A stretch of 64,000 nt of DNA from Hormiphora californensis (lineage: Eukaryota; Animalia; Ctenophora). A program made the position numbers and the translations under genes. The notes under the pieces are model-generated. The model saw only the letters and a list, made by a program, of their open reading frames with translations, was not told where the DNA came from and made no database searches. The stretch's first letter is position 1; each line of letters begins with the position of its first letter. This document shows, piece after piece, positions 44,428 to 55,740 of this stretch. Where the stretch lies: the NCBI GenBank assembly GCA_020137815.1, contig CM035362.1, positions 496,001 to 560,000 of the forward strand. The letters are read 5' to 3'.

Positions 44428-45748
44428 ACACCATACTGCAAACCTCGGTTTCTATTATTTTTCTACCAACTTCCTGCCCTAAAAGAACAGCCTCGCTACA
44501 ACATAATCTGGTAGTGTTTAGTGCATCATTTATGCAACAGTCCAGCTGACGTTACACCAAAACAAAATCATGGCGGCGAGACGCACGGAACTGCATCTGT
44601 CATCTGTGTTGGGTTCTGGGGACGTGACATACAGCACTATGTAATAGCCTGGATTAATGTGAGAGATTGACAAATTTATTTGTCTACGGATGACGTATGT
44701 GCATTGTGCATGAACACGGACTATAGTTTTTAAAAGAAGACAATATTTTCACTGTTTATACTTTATTCATTTATTTTCCAGTTAAAGTTACTTCATTTTT
44801 CCATGGTTATAATACCATTGCAAGCCCCTGCCTTTTCTTACCCCATAGCATACTTTGAAAATGACCCCTAATGACTTTTAATTCAACCTTTCTTCCTATC
44901 TCTCCAGGGTTATCGGTGATATGAGCCCTCCTCTGTTTTATCAACATGTAAATACAAACAAAACTGTTTTACTTCTGGACAATTAAATAAATCCTCTCTA
45001 CACGGTGAGTTTTTAGCATAGCAACTTCAAAAACCCCCACAAAATAATAAGATTATTTTTATGTAATTACCCCAATCAGGGTTGAGTTAATCCTTTGATT
45101 TTTGAATCCCACGCTCTCAGTTTCTAACGAGTATTACTCCTTCAGGACCCCTGGCTGATACACTGAAAAGTGAAACACAGCAGCTGAAAATATGAGTAAT
45201 AGGACGTTGAGAATAATGAGGACAAATTAATCTGTGTGATACCTCCCTACTAACTTATCAGAGGGAATAAGATAGCAAACCACTCTGAACGACTCTGTGC
45301 CGATAGTATTAACCCTCAGGTAGTAACCACATAGATTTATTCCGTAATGTATTCTGCTTAATAAAGCATCTCCATTATAATTTGGAAATGAACGGAGTGA
45401 TGGCAGTTGATTCAGCTCGTTGGCGAGCAATCGATTTCCTCTTTCATTATAATATTTTGTGCCCAAACACATGTATGATGGAGCCGATTGCCACTCTATT
45501 GGAAGACTGTGAATATTTTCAATTAAATTTAATCCACTTAGTTGCTCTCCCGATTGTCACTGTTACCCCTACAACTACCATAGCAACCATAAATAGGGCA
45601 ATAAAAAGGGCCATCCGGCTGAGTCTGGTTGGTTTGACATTATAATGTAATTAGCCCATGTTTTAGGCACACCCGATGGATGCGCTAGTACATGCATATT
45701 CTAAGAAGTAAAAACTAACGCCAATTTTAACTCCTTTTTTATTTACAG

Positions 45749-45928
45749 AGATCAGTACACCTCTGGATGACCCTAAGAACAACCCCACGGGGTGCCAACG
45801 CAGCTGGTTAATAATGATTCACGAAAAAGGAGCAGGATTCGGCTCGCAAGGCAGAGTCAACCAGTTCCCATCTACTGATCAGTTGCCAAACCTACCTAGT
45901 ACCTATTACTGGCGTTATCAACTATACG
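45749..45928 (+). other. Orphan candidate coding exon (180 nt, phase 1-1)
   Basis: TTTACAG| acceptor, G|GTGAGA donor, open frame ISTPLDDPKNNPTGCQRSWLIMIHEKGAGFG..YYWRYQLY; no complete gene could be assembled. Confidence 0.3.
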
Positions 45929-46414
45929 GTGAGAATAGCTTTGAGAATGAAAACCTAATTATCAACTACATAGCAAAACCTAACCCATTAGTTGAACTGA
46001 ATTATATGTAAACTATTGTCCCAATGTCACCAAGTTCACACTCTCTTCTCTGCAGGTTGAGAGTGTAGTCCAGACCAAGATATAATATGAGGCAAGCATT
46101 CAGAAGGGCACGACTCTCTGGACAGAAATATGTACAAAAGTTGTTTTGATTTACCTTCCAACTTTCTCTACAGAAAAGGATTCTATCTTTCTGATCAGAT
46201 ACCCAGCCATCTAGAACCATGCCATTTATAAACAGATTCATATGACAAGAAGTGTGGCAAAGCCAAAGATCCTGAATATGGTAGCAAAGAGTGATAGCAA
46301 AGTGTGAATATTTTCAAAAGTCGTAGGAAAGTTTTGAATTTGATTCAGTATTAATTATTGATCAACAAATACAAAGAATGTTGTGGTTAAATCGTTAAAA
46401 CATGTGTGTAGCAT

Positions 46415-46534
<120 letters not shown>

Positions 46535-47054
46535 CAAACATGTTTTACATTATGAGTTTGATATCGGAATACTGGAGTCTGGAAAATTGGAAATGGAGTT
46601 GGAAACGGATTTTATAGAATCAGGGTCGACAGGGTCTACAAATAATAAGGTCGCGCGCGGAATTCATAGATCTAGCGCGCACTGAAAGTCAAAAGGTGAC
46701 AGCATTCGAAAAGTATAAGATTTATTGGTTTTGGCGGGTATTTTGCCCATGTTCAAAAAACCTAATTTAGAACCAATTTTATCCAAATTTTTTACTGTAT
46801 CTTGTTTGCAGAGTAATTTGGAACGCTATACTTTTTACTAGACTCAAATCCGATGTATCAATCAAGAATAAGAGGCATTTAGGTAGTTTGACTGGCAATT
46901 AAGGCTTAATTGGCTTTTATTGGCCAATTAACCCAGGCACGCGTATATTTCTTGTAATGTACATAACTAAAATACAATTAATTAACTATTTCCAATCATA
47001 AAAAAGTGGGGTGAAATCCGTGCCTGTTTCAAATTAGGGTCCCTACTACTTATA

Positions 47055-47276
47055 AAGTCGGATTTTTTGAAACTGTCACCCCCCTGAAATAACAAAATTT
47101 GCCATATCTCCGGTTCTTGATAAGATAGAGACTTGAAATTTGGAGGTTCGGAAGAACTTAGCAAGATCTTCGTAACCTCCAAATTTCAAGTCTCTATCTC
47201 GCCAGGAACTGGTTTTATGGTCATTTACGAAATTTGAAAATACCCAGGGGGGTGACAGTTTCAAAAAATCCGACTT
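47055..47276. mobile_element. AAGTCGG-family MITE, TA TSD
   Basis: Both TIRs and TA flanks present. Confidence 0.88.
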
Positions 47277-47889
47277 TAATATAATATAAGGGGCCTGGAG
47301 GGAATACCGCGCTAGGGGGGAATACATAATCAATCATATCTCCGGTTCCAGATAAGGTACAGAAATCGTTTTGGTAGCGTCGGAAAGAGGAAGATAATAG
47401 CTTTCAAATGCAACCGGTTTCAGGTCTATATCTTATCAGGAACAGGAGATATGAACCAAACTCCGCAAAATCGAGTGCGGTAAAATAAAAAATTCGAGAT
47501 TTTAATTCAAATTTTAAAAATGGTGTCCCTGCAAGAATCTGTGACGTCACTTTTTGAAAACAACCCATCTTTCAACGGCTATTGCTCAGCCTCCTCAGGT
47601 CCAATTAACTTCTCTCAAAAACAGCAAGGTAGATAATCGTCAGATCTAACAACTGGTGAAAGAATCAAGTCAAACGGACTTCATGAGCCAAAGTTATAAG
47701 CACCGCCGTTTTTTCGACCGCAAAGTTATCTTCGACCCAGCCGGGATCAGGCCAAACGCGCGCGCGGCATTCCCTTCAGTCCCCTCGTTGCGGGGGTGCG
47801 CGCATGAGGGGGCTGCAGCGCATTCCAACACAGTGTTTACAAGTTTACAAGTTTACAAGTTTACAAGTTTACAATTAAAGTTTTATTTA

Positions 47890-48040
47890 AAGTCGGATTT
47901 TTTGAAGTTGTCACCCCCCTTCTCGTGCGCGGAATGTTTTTGCGCGTCACATCACATGTTAACGTGTGGTGTGCGCGTCAAAATTGATAAATTTCACACG
48001 CGCGGTCATTTGGGGGTGACAACTTCAAAAAATCCGACTT
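47890..48040. mobile_element. AAGTCGG-family MITE (151 bp) inserted in the LINE 3' UTR
   Basis: TA|AAGTCGGATTTTTTGAAGTTGTCACCCCC ... GGGGGTGACAACTTCAAAAAATCCGACTT|TA between the ORF2 stop and the AATAAA/tail. Confidence 0.88.
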
Positions 48041-48119
48041 TATAAAGAAACAGGCCTTCCCTGAATGGGTCCACCTAAATAAATATTAAGTTAAAAATAT
48101 CCCTTCACACTCACACACA

Positions 48120-51086
48120 TCAGCACAGCACAGCACATTGAGGCGAAAGGTCATTTGGAAGTGGCGGGTACCCTCTGACTGGAGGACGATCGTGAAATCC
48201 TGTCAAGTAATTCCCCAATGATGATTTGAACTGATTCAAGCTCACACAAGAATTAACAGCAGCTGGTAGAGTGTTCCATAAATGAGCTGCTCTAGGACCG
48301 AATGAGCAATGAAATTGATTAGCTCGTTTCGTTTCTGCTCTATAGGGGTAAGGTGGAGGGACTATCCGCGTACCCAATCTAGCGTGCTGTTGAATTACTA
48401 GGTGGGCAGAATTCGGTACAAAACCCTGAATCGTCTTCCACACATGGATCAGCATGTAGCGCTGCCTCCGACGCTGAAGGGACATAATATTGAGCAATTT
48501 CAGTCTACCCCAATAGTCGTGACCCTGCATACCATCAAGACGTCTGGTGAAACATCTCTGTACATTCTCAATAGCCTTGATATCACTGGCCTTGGAAGGG
48601 TTCCAGACTAGGCAACAATACTCTAGAATAGGCCTGACCAACGACTTAAAGAGTTGCAACATAAGGTCCGGTGTACGGTCTCTAAACACACTGAATATCC
48701 AACCACACAAAAGAGAAGCCTTCCTCACAATAGTAGAGATATGCTTCGACCATGAACCGTCCGCAGACATCTGAACACCTAGGTCACGGACATCCGGATC
48801 TGGCATCAACTGAACCCCTGACCCGGTCGTGTATGAAAACACCTCTGCTGAGAAAGGAAAATCACTGAGGATCTCCGACTTATTCAGTCTATAACTCAGG
48901 AGTTGAAATTTGTTCTCATGTAACTTCATGTTATTCATCCTAGCCCACTCAGTTACCCTCAAAAGATCGTTCTGAAGGCAGGCCTGAGTAGCCATATCCG
49001 ATATAGCTTTCATCAACTTTGTGTCGTCGGCAAAAGTGAGACACATGCTACCATCCAGCACTGATTCTAGATCCAGGATATAGATGAGAAAAAGTAGTGG
49101 TCCAAGCACACTGCCCTGGGCAACCCCACTAAGCACGTCAACCCAGAGTGACCTCACTCCATCTACCATTACACACTGTTTCCTGCCCAGGATCCACGCA
49201 CTGATCCACTGAAGAAGTTGCCCACCAATACCATACCTTTTCAGCTTAGCCAGCAAAACATTGATATCAACTGAGTCAAAGGCCTTGCTGAAATCCAAAT
49301 AAATTATGTCAACTTCCTGGCCATTGCATAATTCGTTTAAAATGTAGTCAACATGGGTAAGAAGCTGAGTCATGGTACTGCGCCCTGTCCTAAATCCATG
49401 CTGTGTTTCACTCTGTAAGCCCATTTCGTCCAAGTAGTCAACTATCCGCTTCCTAACCAGCCGCTCAAACACCTTAGATAGGTGGCTCGTTATAGACACG
49501 GGGCGATAATTCTCAGGTTTCGATTTAGCTCCCTTTTTGAACAACGGTGTTATGAATTGTTGCTTCAGGCAACTAGGGACAGAACCGTCTTCAAATGACC
49601 TGTTCCACAGCATCCAAATCGGGTATGACAGGCTACTGCGACACTGTTTCAGAACAACTGAAGGAATGCAGTCTGGAGGGGAGGCTGAGAATGGTTTCAG
49701 TTCCCCCAACGCAGTCTGAATACAATTCTGCGAGAACTCCAAACTTGTCAGGATCTCACCGAGGTCCTCAACGTTACCCGCTGCCTCTGTGGGGTCGATA
49801 GCGGAAGGGTCGCTAAAAACGCTGGAAAACTGGTGTTGGAGTAGTCCAGCCTTCTCTTGAGGATCCACAGTTAGTGAACCATCTTCACGCTCAAGGGGTG
49901 CAACTGAAGATTTAACCTTTGATTTCCTCTTGACGTGTGAATAAAAGTACTTCGGGTTTTCGTCGACAGCCTTCCTCTCTGCCTTCTTGTCCCTTGATAT
50001 CAAATGGTCCTTTATCCTTCCAATAATACAGTCCATCAGTGATTTCCATTTGTTTGAATCGTCCTTTCGTTTAACCAATTTACGTCTCCTGCTGGTTAAG
50101 TGTTTCAGTTCTTTGTCCACAAACTCTTTCCTGATTTTCTTCAACCGACAGTGTGACTTTACAACTTTGAACACTTTGTCACGCATGGCCTCAACAAAAA
50201 GGGAACCATCCTCGTCTCCCAGTTCTTCACATTCCGTCAACATTCGATCCCAATCAGTAGCCGCTAGTTCCGCATCAATACTAGTGAAGTCAGCCGACTG
50301 AAGATCCAATTGACGATAACCCTCCAGTGTACTGGGAAGAAATAAACTTTTAGGACCGAGAGGGTTGAAAGATAGTTCACATGATACCCAGGAATGATCC
50401 GAGATACCCCCATCCGTAATAAAAATATCGCTGAAGTATTCTGGACGGTTGGTAAACACAAGGTCTAGCGTGTTGTTGCCTCTTGTAGGGCCCTCAACAA
50501 CTTGGGATAGAAAGTTTGTGTCCATGAAATCAGCAATAACATTGTAGTTAGGCTGATCAACCGGGACAGACGAACCATCAGACCACTGAAAAAGAGGAAG
50601 ATTAAAATCCCCAGAAATTACGACCTCTGATAATCGTCCATCACTGTGTTTGTCTATAAAAGTCTGCAAATTGTCCATCAGCTTTTGAAAGTCTAACACA
50701 CTTGACTCGGAGCGATACACAGCAGCATAAATAGTGTTTATTTGATCAACATAGACAGCACACATATTGTTATTCGCACTCGCAAAATATATACTGTCAG
50801 AAACAGCCAGCGAACATTGAACATATAAGGCACAGCCTCCGCCAACTCGGTTTTCTCTATCACTTCTATATACGTCATACCCTGGTATCTGAACCTGAGC
50901 ATCAGAATGATAACCCTTAAACCAAGTCTCAGTTACTGCAATGGCTACTATGGGAGTTTTCTCTTGCGTAACATAGTCTCTTATAAGACCGAGTTTCCAA
51001 CCTGTATCACCTGCTGGACTTAAGCTCCTTGCGTTAAGCAGTAACAGCTTGCTCGTAGGCGAGACAGGCCCTAACGTTCCCTCCAC
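48120..51086 (-). CDS. LINE ORF2: APE endonuclease + reverse transcriptase, 988 aa
   Basis: NARSL, VTETW, GDFN, LDLVF, SDH (APE); NYRPVS, QHGFR, YLDFSKAFD, GVAQGSVLGPLLF, FADD, DLGV (RT). The start codon is GTG. Confidence 0.97.
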   Translation of the reverse strand: MEGTLGPVSPTSKLLLLNARSLSPAGDTGWKLGLIRDYVTQEKTPIVAIAVTETWFKGYHSDAQVQIPGYDVYRSDRENRVGGGCALYVQCSLAVSDSIYFASANNNMCAVYVDQINTIYAAVYRSESSVLDFQKLMDNLQTFIDKHSDGRLSEVVISGDFNLPLFQWSDGSSVPVDQPNYNVIADFMDTNFLSQVVEGPTRGNNTLDLVFTNRPEYFSDIFITDGGISDHSWVSCELSFNPLGPKSLFLPSTLEGYRQLDLQSADFTSIDAELAATDWDRMLTECEELGDEDGSLFVEAMRDKVFKVVKSHCRLKKIRKEFVDKELKHLTSRRRKLVKRKDDSNKWKSLMDCIIGRIKDHLISRDKKAERKAVDENPKYFYSHVKRKSKVKSSVAPLEREDGSLTVDPQEKAGLLQHQFSSVFSDPSAIDPTEAAGNVEDLGEILTSLEFSQNCIQTALGELKPFSASPPDCIPSVVLKQCRSSLSYPIWMLWNRSFEDGSVPSCLKQQFITPLFKKGAKSKPENYRPVSITSHLSKVFERLVRKRIVDYLDEMGLQSETQHGFRTGRSTMTQLLTHVDYILNELCNGQEVDIIYLDFSKAFDSVDINVLLAKLKRYGIGGQLLQWISAWILGRKQCVMVDGVRSLWVDVLSGVAQGSVLGPLLFLIYILDLESVLDGSMCLTFADDTKLMKAISDMATQACLQNDLLRVTEWARMNNMKLHENKFQLLSYRLNKSEILSDFPFSAEVFSYTTGSGVQLMPDPDVRDLGVQMSADGSWSKHISTIVRKASLLCGWIFSVFRDRTPDLMLQLFKSLVRPILEYCCLVWNPSKASDIKAIENVQRCFTRRLDGMQGHDYWGRLKLLNIMSLQRRRQRYMLIHVWKTIQGFVPNSAHLVIQQHARLGTRIVPPPYPYRAETKRANQFHCSFGPRAAHLWNTLPAAVNSCVSLNQFKSSLGNYLTGFHDRPPVRGYPPLPNDLSPQCAVLC

Positions 51087-51533
51087 GTTCGTCTCGGCTC
51101 TAGTCTCACGTCTAGCATTTCTCTCATTTTCGCGTCCATTCTCGCATCCATCGCCCCCAAGAGTCTTTCGAAAAAAGCCTGCTCATCAAATGGAGCTGGC
51201 TCACGTGCTGTATTGGAGCTCGGCTGCTGGGACCGTGGCATATTAGTGCTACTATCCGTAGTTATTGTAGCATAGGATGACATGGTTCTCGGCCTGCCCA
51301 CGTCGGTTGGCTGGGTGTTATTTCCCTTCACGTTGTGCTGACAAAAAATCTTGGCTGTGTGTGGATTTTTCAAATTTTGACCTGAGTTTTTTATTTTGGC
51401 ACGAGTTTTTATTTGTGCGTCGGAAACGTGTCGGAAACTTGTTTTGGCTCTCACGCCTTTCACCTTTGTTTCTTGACCAATTTCGTCAAACAAACGGACT
51501 AACAAAATTATGCTCTTTCCGATGATATGCGGC

Positions 51534-51574
51534 TTTCAAACTTTTCAACACTACTTTAAACAAATTAATTTGAG
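51534..51574 (+). other. Spliced-leader (SL) exon sequence at the 5' end of a retrocopy
   Basis: TTTCAAACTTTTCAACACTACTTTAAACAAATTAATTTGAG matches the Pleurobrachia SL as I recall it. It is followed by CAGG, not by a GT donor, so it is not an SL RNA gene. Confidence 0.8.
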
Positions 51575-52552
51575 CAGGAAGATGAATCCGATGTAACAGC
51601 CCCGAAGGGCAGAAAGACGAAACGTTGATAATGTCGGAAGCGAAGTACGACGGCGATAACCCTATGATAAAACGAGTAGAAGAGACAGTAGATGACTTTG
51701 TTTGAAACAAAGGCTACTTCGCGTATTTTTCTCTCCAGTATGAAACTTGCCCGAACAACAATGAACAATTTTGAAACTGTTATCAGTGCGGAAAACCTCG
51801 AGAAGCGGCTGTGTGAATGCAAAGAAGAACTTGACCGCCAATCGCCATCGGGTTAGCGTGATCGAGCTTCAGCAAACGGTCATCAACCACCAGAAGGAAC
51901 AACTCAGTACAGTGACAGCATCGGTGCAGAAGGTGAAAGCCTACTCTACTGTGCTCGCACAGAATTGTGCTGCAACCTCCCCCAAAGTCGGAAAACCACT
52001 ACAATTAAATCACCCTACTCCCGTCCTACAGCCCGGACGAGAGAAGAACCTGGTTGTGTTTGGTCTTCAAGAAACAACCGATAGAGTAGCTAAAACTACT
52101 TTAGACGAACTTTTTGAGGAATTAAAAGAGAAACCGAAAGTGACAACGATGAAACGCATCGGCGAAAGAAATGAGAAGCGCCCTAGACCGCTCTTAGTAT
52201 CCCTGGAGAAGAGAGCGACTCTCCTGGCGATTCTCAAAAAGGCACGAAACCTCAAAGACTCCAAACAGTTTTCGGCTGTTTATCTCTCTCCGGATCTTAC
52301 GCCCTCTGAACTGAAGGAGCAAAAAGCTCTAAGGTCCACTTTGAAGCGGATACGATCAGAAGATCCTGACGGCTGCTATTTCATCCGTAATAATGTTATC
52401 CAAGTGGGATAGCTCCCCACTAACTCACCGTTATCAGAGAACCGTGCTAGGAGCAGGCAGTCTACTGCAGTCCCTTTAAAATTAAGGAAAACGAGTTGTC
52501 TGTATATAAACTGTGTCAGTGCGGTATATAAACTGTCATTATTATTATTATT
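51534..52552 (+). mobile_element. SL-headed retrocopy encoding a degenerate LINE ORF1-like protein (coding ~51630-52412, frameshifted 5' half), (ATT)n tail; inserted into an AAGTCGG-family MITE
   Basis: REKNLVVFGLQE..RIG..RPRPLLV..ILKKARNLK..VYLSPDLT..YFIRN is typical of CR1/L2 ORF1. The host MITE is split at GATATGCGG^TTGCCGAAAA (compare the intact copy at 2320-2341); its right TIR ends at 52945. Confidence 0.75.
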
Positions 52553-52851
52553 ACTAGCAAAACTGGGGCGATCGTACCGATCGCAAATCGAGGGGTCTGT
52601 TTTTCTCTCTGCCTGTCTGCTACATATGCTATGTGATGTGATCCCTCTCTTTTTCTCTCTTTCTCTCCCTTTTATACATGTGATGTGACCCCTCAAGTCG
52701 CAAGCAGTTCTCAACACGTGTGATACGTGATACCTACGAATCACGTCGTCACACTGACGGATCATGTCGTCACGCTGACGGATCACGTCGTCACATTGAC
52801 GATAGGGTGTCACATTTCCGTGCAAATTTGCATAATTAGATATAGTTAGAT
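52553..52851. mobile_element. ACTAG-starting Helitron/Helentron-like short element inserted in the retrocopy tail
   Basis: ACTAGCAAAACTGGGGCGATCGTACCGATCGC (hairpin) start; related starts at ~3165, ~36983 and ~37632. Confidence 0.55.
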
Positions 52852-53079
52852 TATATTGCCGAAAAATGAGAGCAAGTGGGAGCTGTCACGCGCAAATACG
52901 ACGCCGCGTGTGAAAAGGGGGTGACAACTTCAAAAAATCCGACTTTAATTTGCCGTTAATTTCAAATTAGAAACAACAAGTGACTTGTTACAAGTCAAAG
53001 CCCAGAAGGCAAAATCAAAGGATAATACTAATAAGATGTGAACACATTTCCAGTCAGTAATTCAGTAAGTAATAATGAT

Positions 53080-53400
53080 ATTGTATTTAAATCGGAGAGA
53101 ATTAGGCTAATTAGGTATCTCACGTGAGAAGTAAATCTCCCCGTCAGCCACTGTGTTACCCTTCAGTCCATATCACAGTCACCGCAACCTCCCTCACAAT
53201 CGTTTATACACTCACAGAAACAGGCTGCACAGTCATCAACATCAGCCGAAGAGCAATGACAGTCCTTCCAACATTGTCTCCGAAAACAGAGGAACACCAC
53301 TAACAAGACAGCTGTAGTTAGTATGATAACTATGAGTATTATGGCCCACAGTGGGAAGCTATTCGCTTCGTTCTCGCTATCAGATGTCGCACCGCAGAGG
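53080..53400 (-). pseudogene. 5'-truncated inverted copy of the 55441-55740 gene
   Basis: LCGATSDSENEANSFPLWAIILIV..CEGGCGDCDMD* plus 3' UTR homology; no ATG or signal peptide, an in-frame TAA just upstream, and in-frame deletions. Confidence 0.8.
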
Positions 53401-53555
53401 TAGCAAAAGGCGGGTTATGACCTTGAGGGAAGTAGAGCTATGCGTGAGATCCATCACGTGTGCTCCATAATATTAGTAGATCGAACTACCCCGTGCTATG
53501 TGCCGGTTGGTAACGGAAAGCTGCATTTGAGTAGCCTTCAAATGGGAGGTAGGTA

Positions 53556-55084
53556 AAGTCGGATTTTTTGAAACTGTCGCACCCCTGAAATAACAAAATT
53601 TGTCATATCTCCGATTCCTGATAAGATAGAGACTTGAAATTTGGAGGTTCGGAAGAACTTAGCAAGATCTTCGTAATCTCCAAATTTCAAGTCTCTATCT
53701 CATCAGGAACCGGAATTATGGTCATTTAAGGGTACACCTGGCGTTTTTATCATCGAGTGCCCAACCAAATGACTTCACCAGGGTTTAGGCCATACAAAAT
53801 GGACCTCAAATATGCAATTTTAGCACTAAATTCGAATTCATATTTTTGCTACAGCCTATTTTCAAAGTGGAGTTTTTTTCAATTTTTGTTGGAATTTTTA
53901 ACCTCAGGACCACTTTTTTTGAGATAGAAACATTGAATTCTTGGAATTTGAAGAGAATATAAAGGTGAATAAGCCCAAAGAAGGATTTTTGAAATGGAGC
54001 TTATTTCTGGCCATGAGAACGGTTTACTTTTTTGCTTCTTTGACACGCTGGCTGAGAATGTTCCCATGCTTCATTAGAGATGAAAATCTGGAAATAGTTG
54101 CTCAAAACGATTATCTATGTGGCCCAAAAATTTTGGAACTTTCCCGCCAAAGATGCGGTGTACAGAGCTTGTTTTGTGAAACCCGTCTTTTTGAAAAAGA
54201 GGGAAATTGCCTGTATCTCAAAAACGGATGATCGTAGAGACCTGCGACCAAGCTTAATCGATTCAGAAGGTCCGATTTTGGGGGGGTCTCCTGAGAGACA
54301 TTTTGCTCCTACTCAAACCGTTTTTGCTGTAATTGCGAAAAACCAATTCTATGAAAACGGGGAACAACTATATTCCAGTAGCCTGCTTCGGGCTGATTTC
54401 CCCCTTACTTGCTGATACCTTTTTTCGCAATTACAGCAAAAACGGTTGGAGTAGGAGCAAAATGTCTCTCAGAAGACCCCCCCAAAATCGGACCTTCTGA
54501 ATCGATTAAGCTTGGTCGCAGGTCTCTATGATCATCCGTTTTTGAGATACAGGCAATTTCCCTCTTTTTCAAAAAGACGGGTTTCACAAAACAAGCTCTG
54601 TACACCGCATCTTTGGCGGGAAAGTTCCAAAATTTTTGGACCACATAGATAATCGTTTTGAGCAACTATTTCCAGATTTTCATCTCTAATGAAGCATGGG
54701 AACATTCTCAGCCAGCTTGTCAAAGAAGCAAAAAAGTAAACCGTTCTCATGGCCAGAAATAAGCTCCATTTCAAAAATCCTTCTTTGGGCTTATTCACCT
54801 TTATATTCTCTTCGAATTCCAAGAATTCAATGTTTCTATCTCAAAAAAAGTGGTCCTGAGGTTAAAAATTCCAACAAAAATTGAAAAAACGCCACTTTGA
54901 AAATAGGGTGTAGCAAAAATATGAATTCGACTTTAGGGCTAAAATTGCATATTTGAGGTCCATTTTGTATGACCTAAACCCTGGTGAAGTCATTTGGTTG
55001 GGCACTTGATGATGAAAAACGCCAGGTGTACCCTTAAAGAAGTTTGAAAACTCTAAAAAACGACAGTTATTTAAAATCAGACTA
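53556..55084. mobile_element. AAGTCGG-family MITE interrupted by a TTAA palindromic element
   Basis: Left TIR at 53556, degenerate right TIR GACAGTTATTTAAAATCAGACTA; the empty site is visible in the paralogous segment at ~56305-56325. Confidence 0.7.
53730..55033. mobile_element. Second copy of the Kolobok-like TTAA palindrome
   Basis: TTAA|GGGTACACC ... GGTGTACCC|TTAA; highly similar to 17574-18876, with the spacer in the opposite orientation. Confidence 0.88.
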
Positions 55085-55440
55085 TATCCTTGTGTTCAGC
55101 CAAGTGCAAGCTGTAGCTTTCTACTAGTAAAATGTTGACACTGATCAGTGATCACTGGGTTATTGAGAGCTCTGAAAGTGACGAGTTTTACGATTCAAAT
55201 TGAAAAGTGTATTTTCAAGCGGATAAACACACACATATTACATTTGGTGAAATGTGAACTGCTGCAGTCTGATGTTTTTCATTTTGACCAGGTGATGTAC
55301 ATCATGAATTGTTATTTTCAAAATATTGTAACGAACAAGGTGGCATACATACATGCCCCGTACTATATTCTCTGTTTGTGCCCTAATGTGTGATTATGTC
55401 GGGTTCATTTAGCTGTTTCCCACTCCTTTTTACTTCTAGA

Positions 55441-55740
55441 ATGAATCACGCTCTTCTTACCACTCTGACGCTGTTGATCCTGTTTCTCTGCGGTGCGACA
55501 TCTGATAGCGAGAACGAAGCGAATAGCTTCCCACTGTGGGCCATAATGCTCATAGTTATCATACTAACTATAGCTGTCTTGTCCGTGGTGTTCCTCTGTT
55601 TTCGGAGACAATGTTGCAACGACTGTCATTGCTCTTCGGCTGATGGTGATGACTGTGTTTCTTTCTGTGCAGCCTGTTTCTCTCTATGTGAGTGTATAAA
55701 CGATTGTGAGGGAGGTTGCGGTGACTGTGATATGGACTGA
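55441..55740 (+). CDS. Small single-pass membrane protein (99 aa) with signal peptide and Cys/Asp-rich tail
   Basis: MNHALLTTLTLLILFLCG signal, short ectodomain, TM LWAIMLIVIILTIAVLSVVFLCF, RR stop-transfer, then 12 Cys in about 45 residues; TTCTAG acceptor 1 nt before the ATG. Confidence 0.7.
   Translation: MNHALLTTLTLLILFLCGATSDSENEANSFPLWAIMLIVIILTIAVLSVVFLCFRRQCCNDCHCSSADGDDCVSFCAACFSLCECINDCEGGCGDCDMD

Larger units (their letters stand above)
47836..51334 (-). mobile_element. CR1/L2-clade non-LTR retrotransposon, 5'-truncated within ORF1, with (TGTAAACT)n tail
   Basis: Intact ORF2; AATAAA plus an 8-mer tandem tail at 47836-47887. It interrupts CAACACAGTG^CTGACAAAAAATC (uninterrupted at 33583-33606, reverse strand) with GTG on both sides. 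Confidence 0.9.

Noticed and set aside
51534-51700. SL RNA gene
   Set aside because: The leader is not followed by a GT donor or a recognisable Sm site; it runs straight into mRNA-like sequence.
47836-52552. ORF2 (-) and ORF1-like (+) as one 5'-inverted (twin-primed) LINE
   Set aside because: They are separated by host-element sequence, each interrupts a different target, and each has its own 3' tail.
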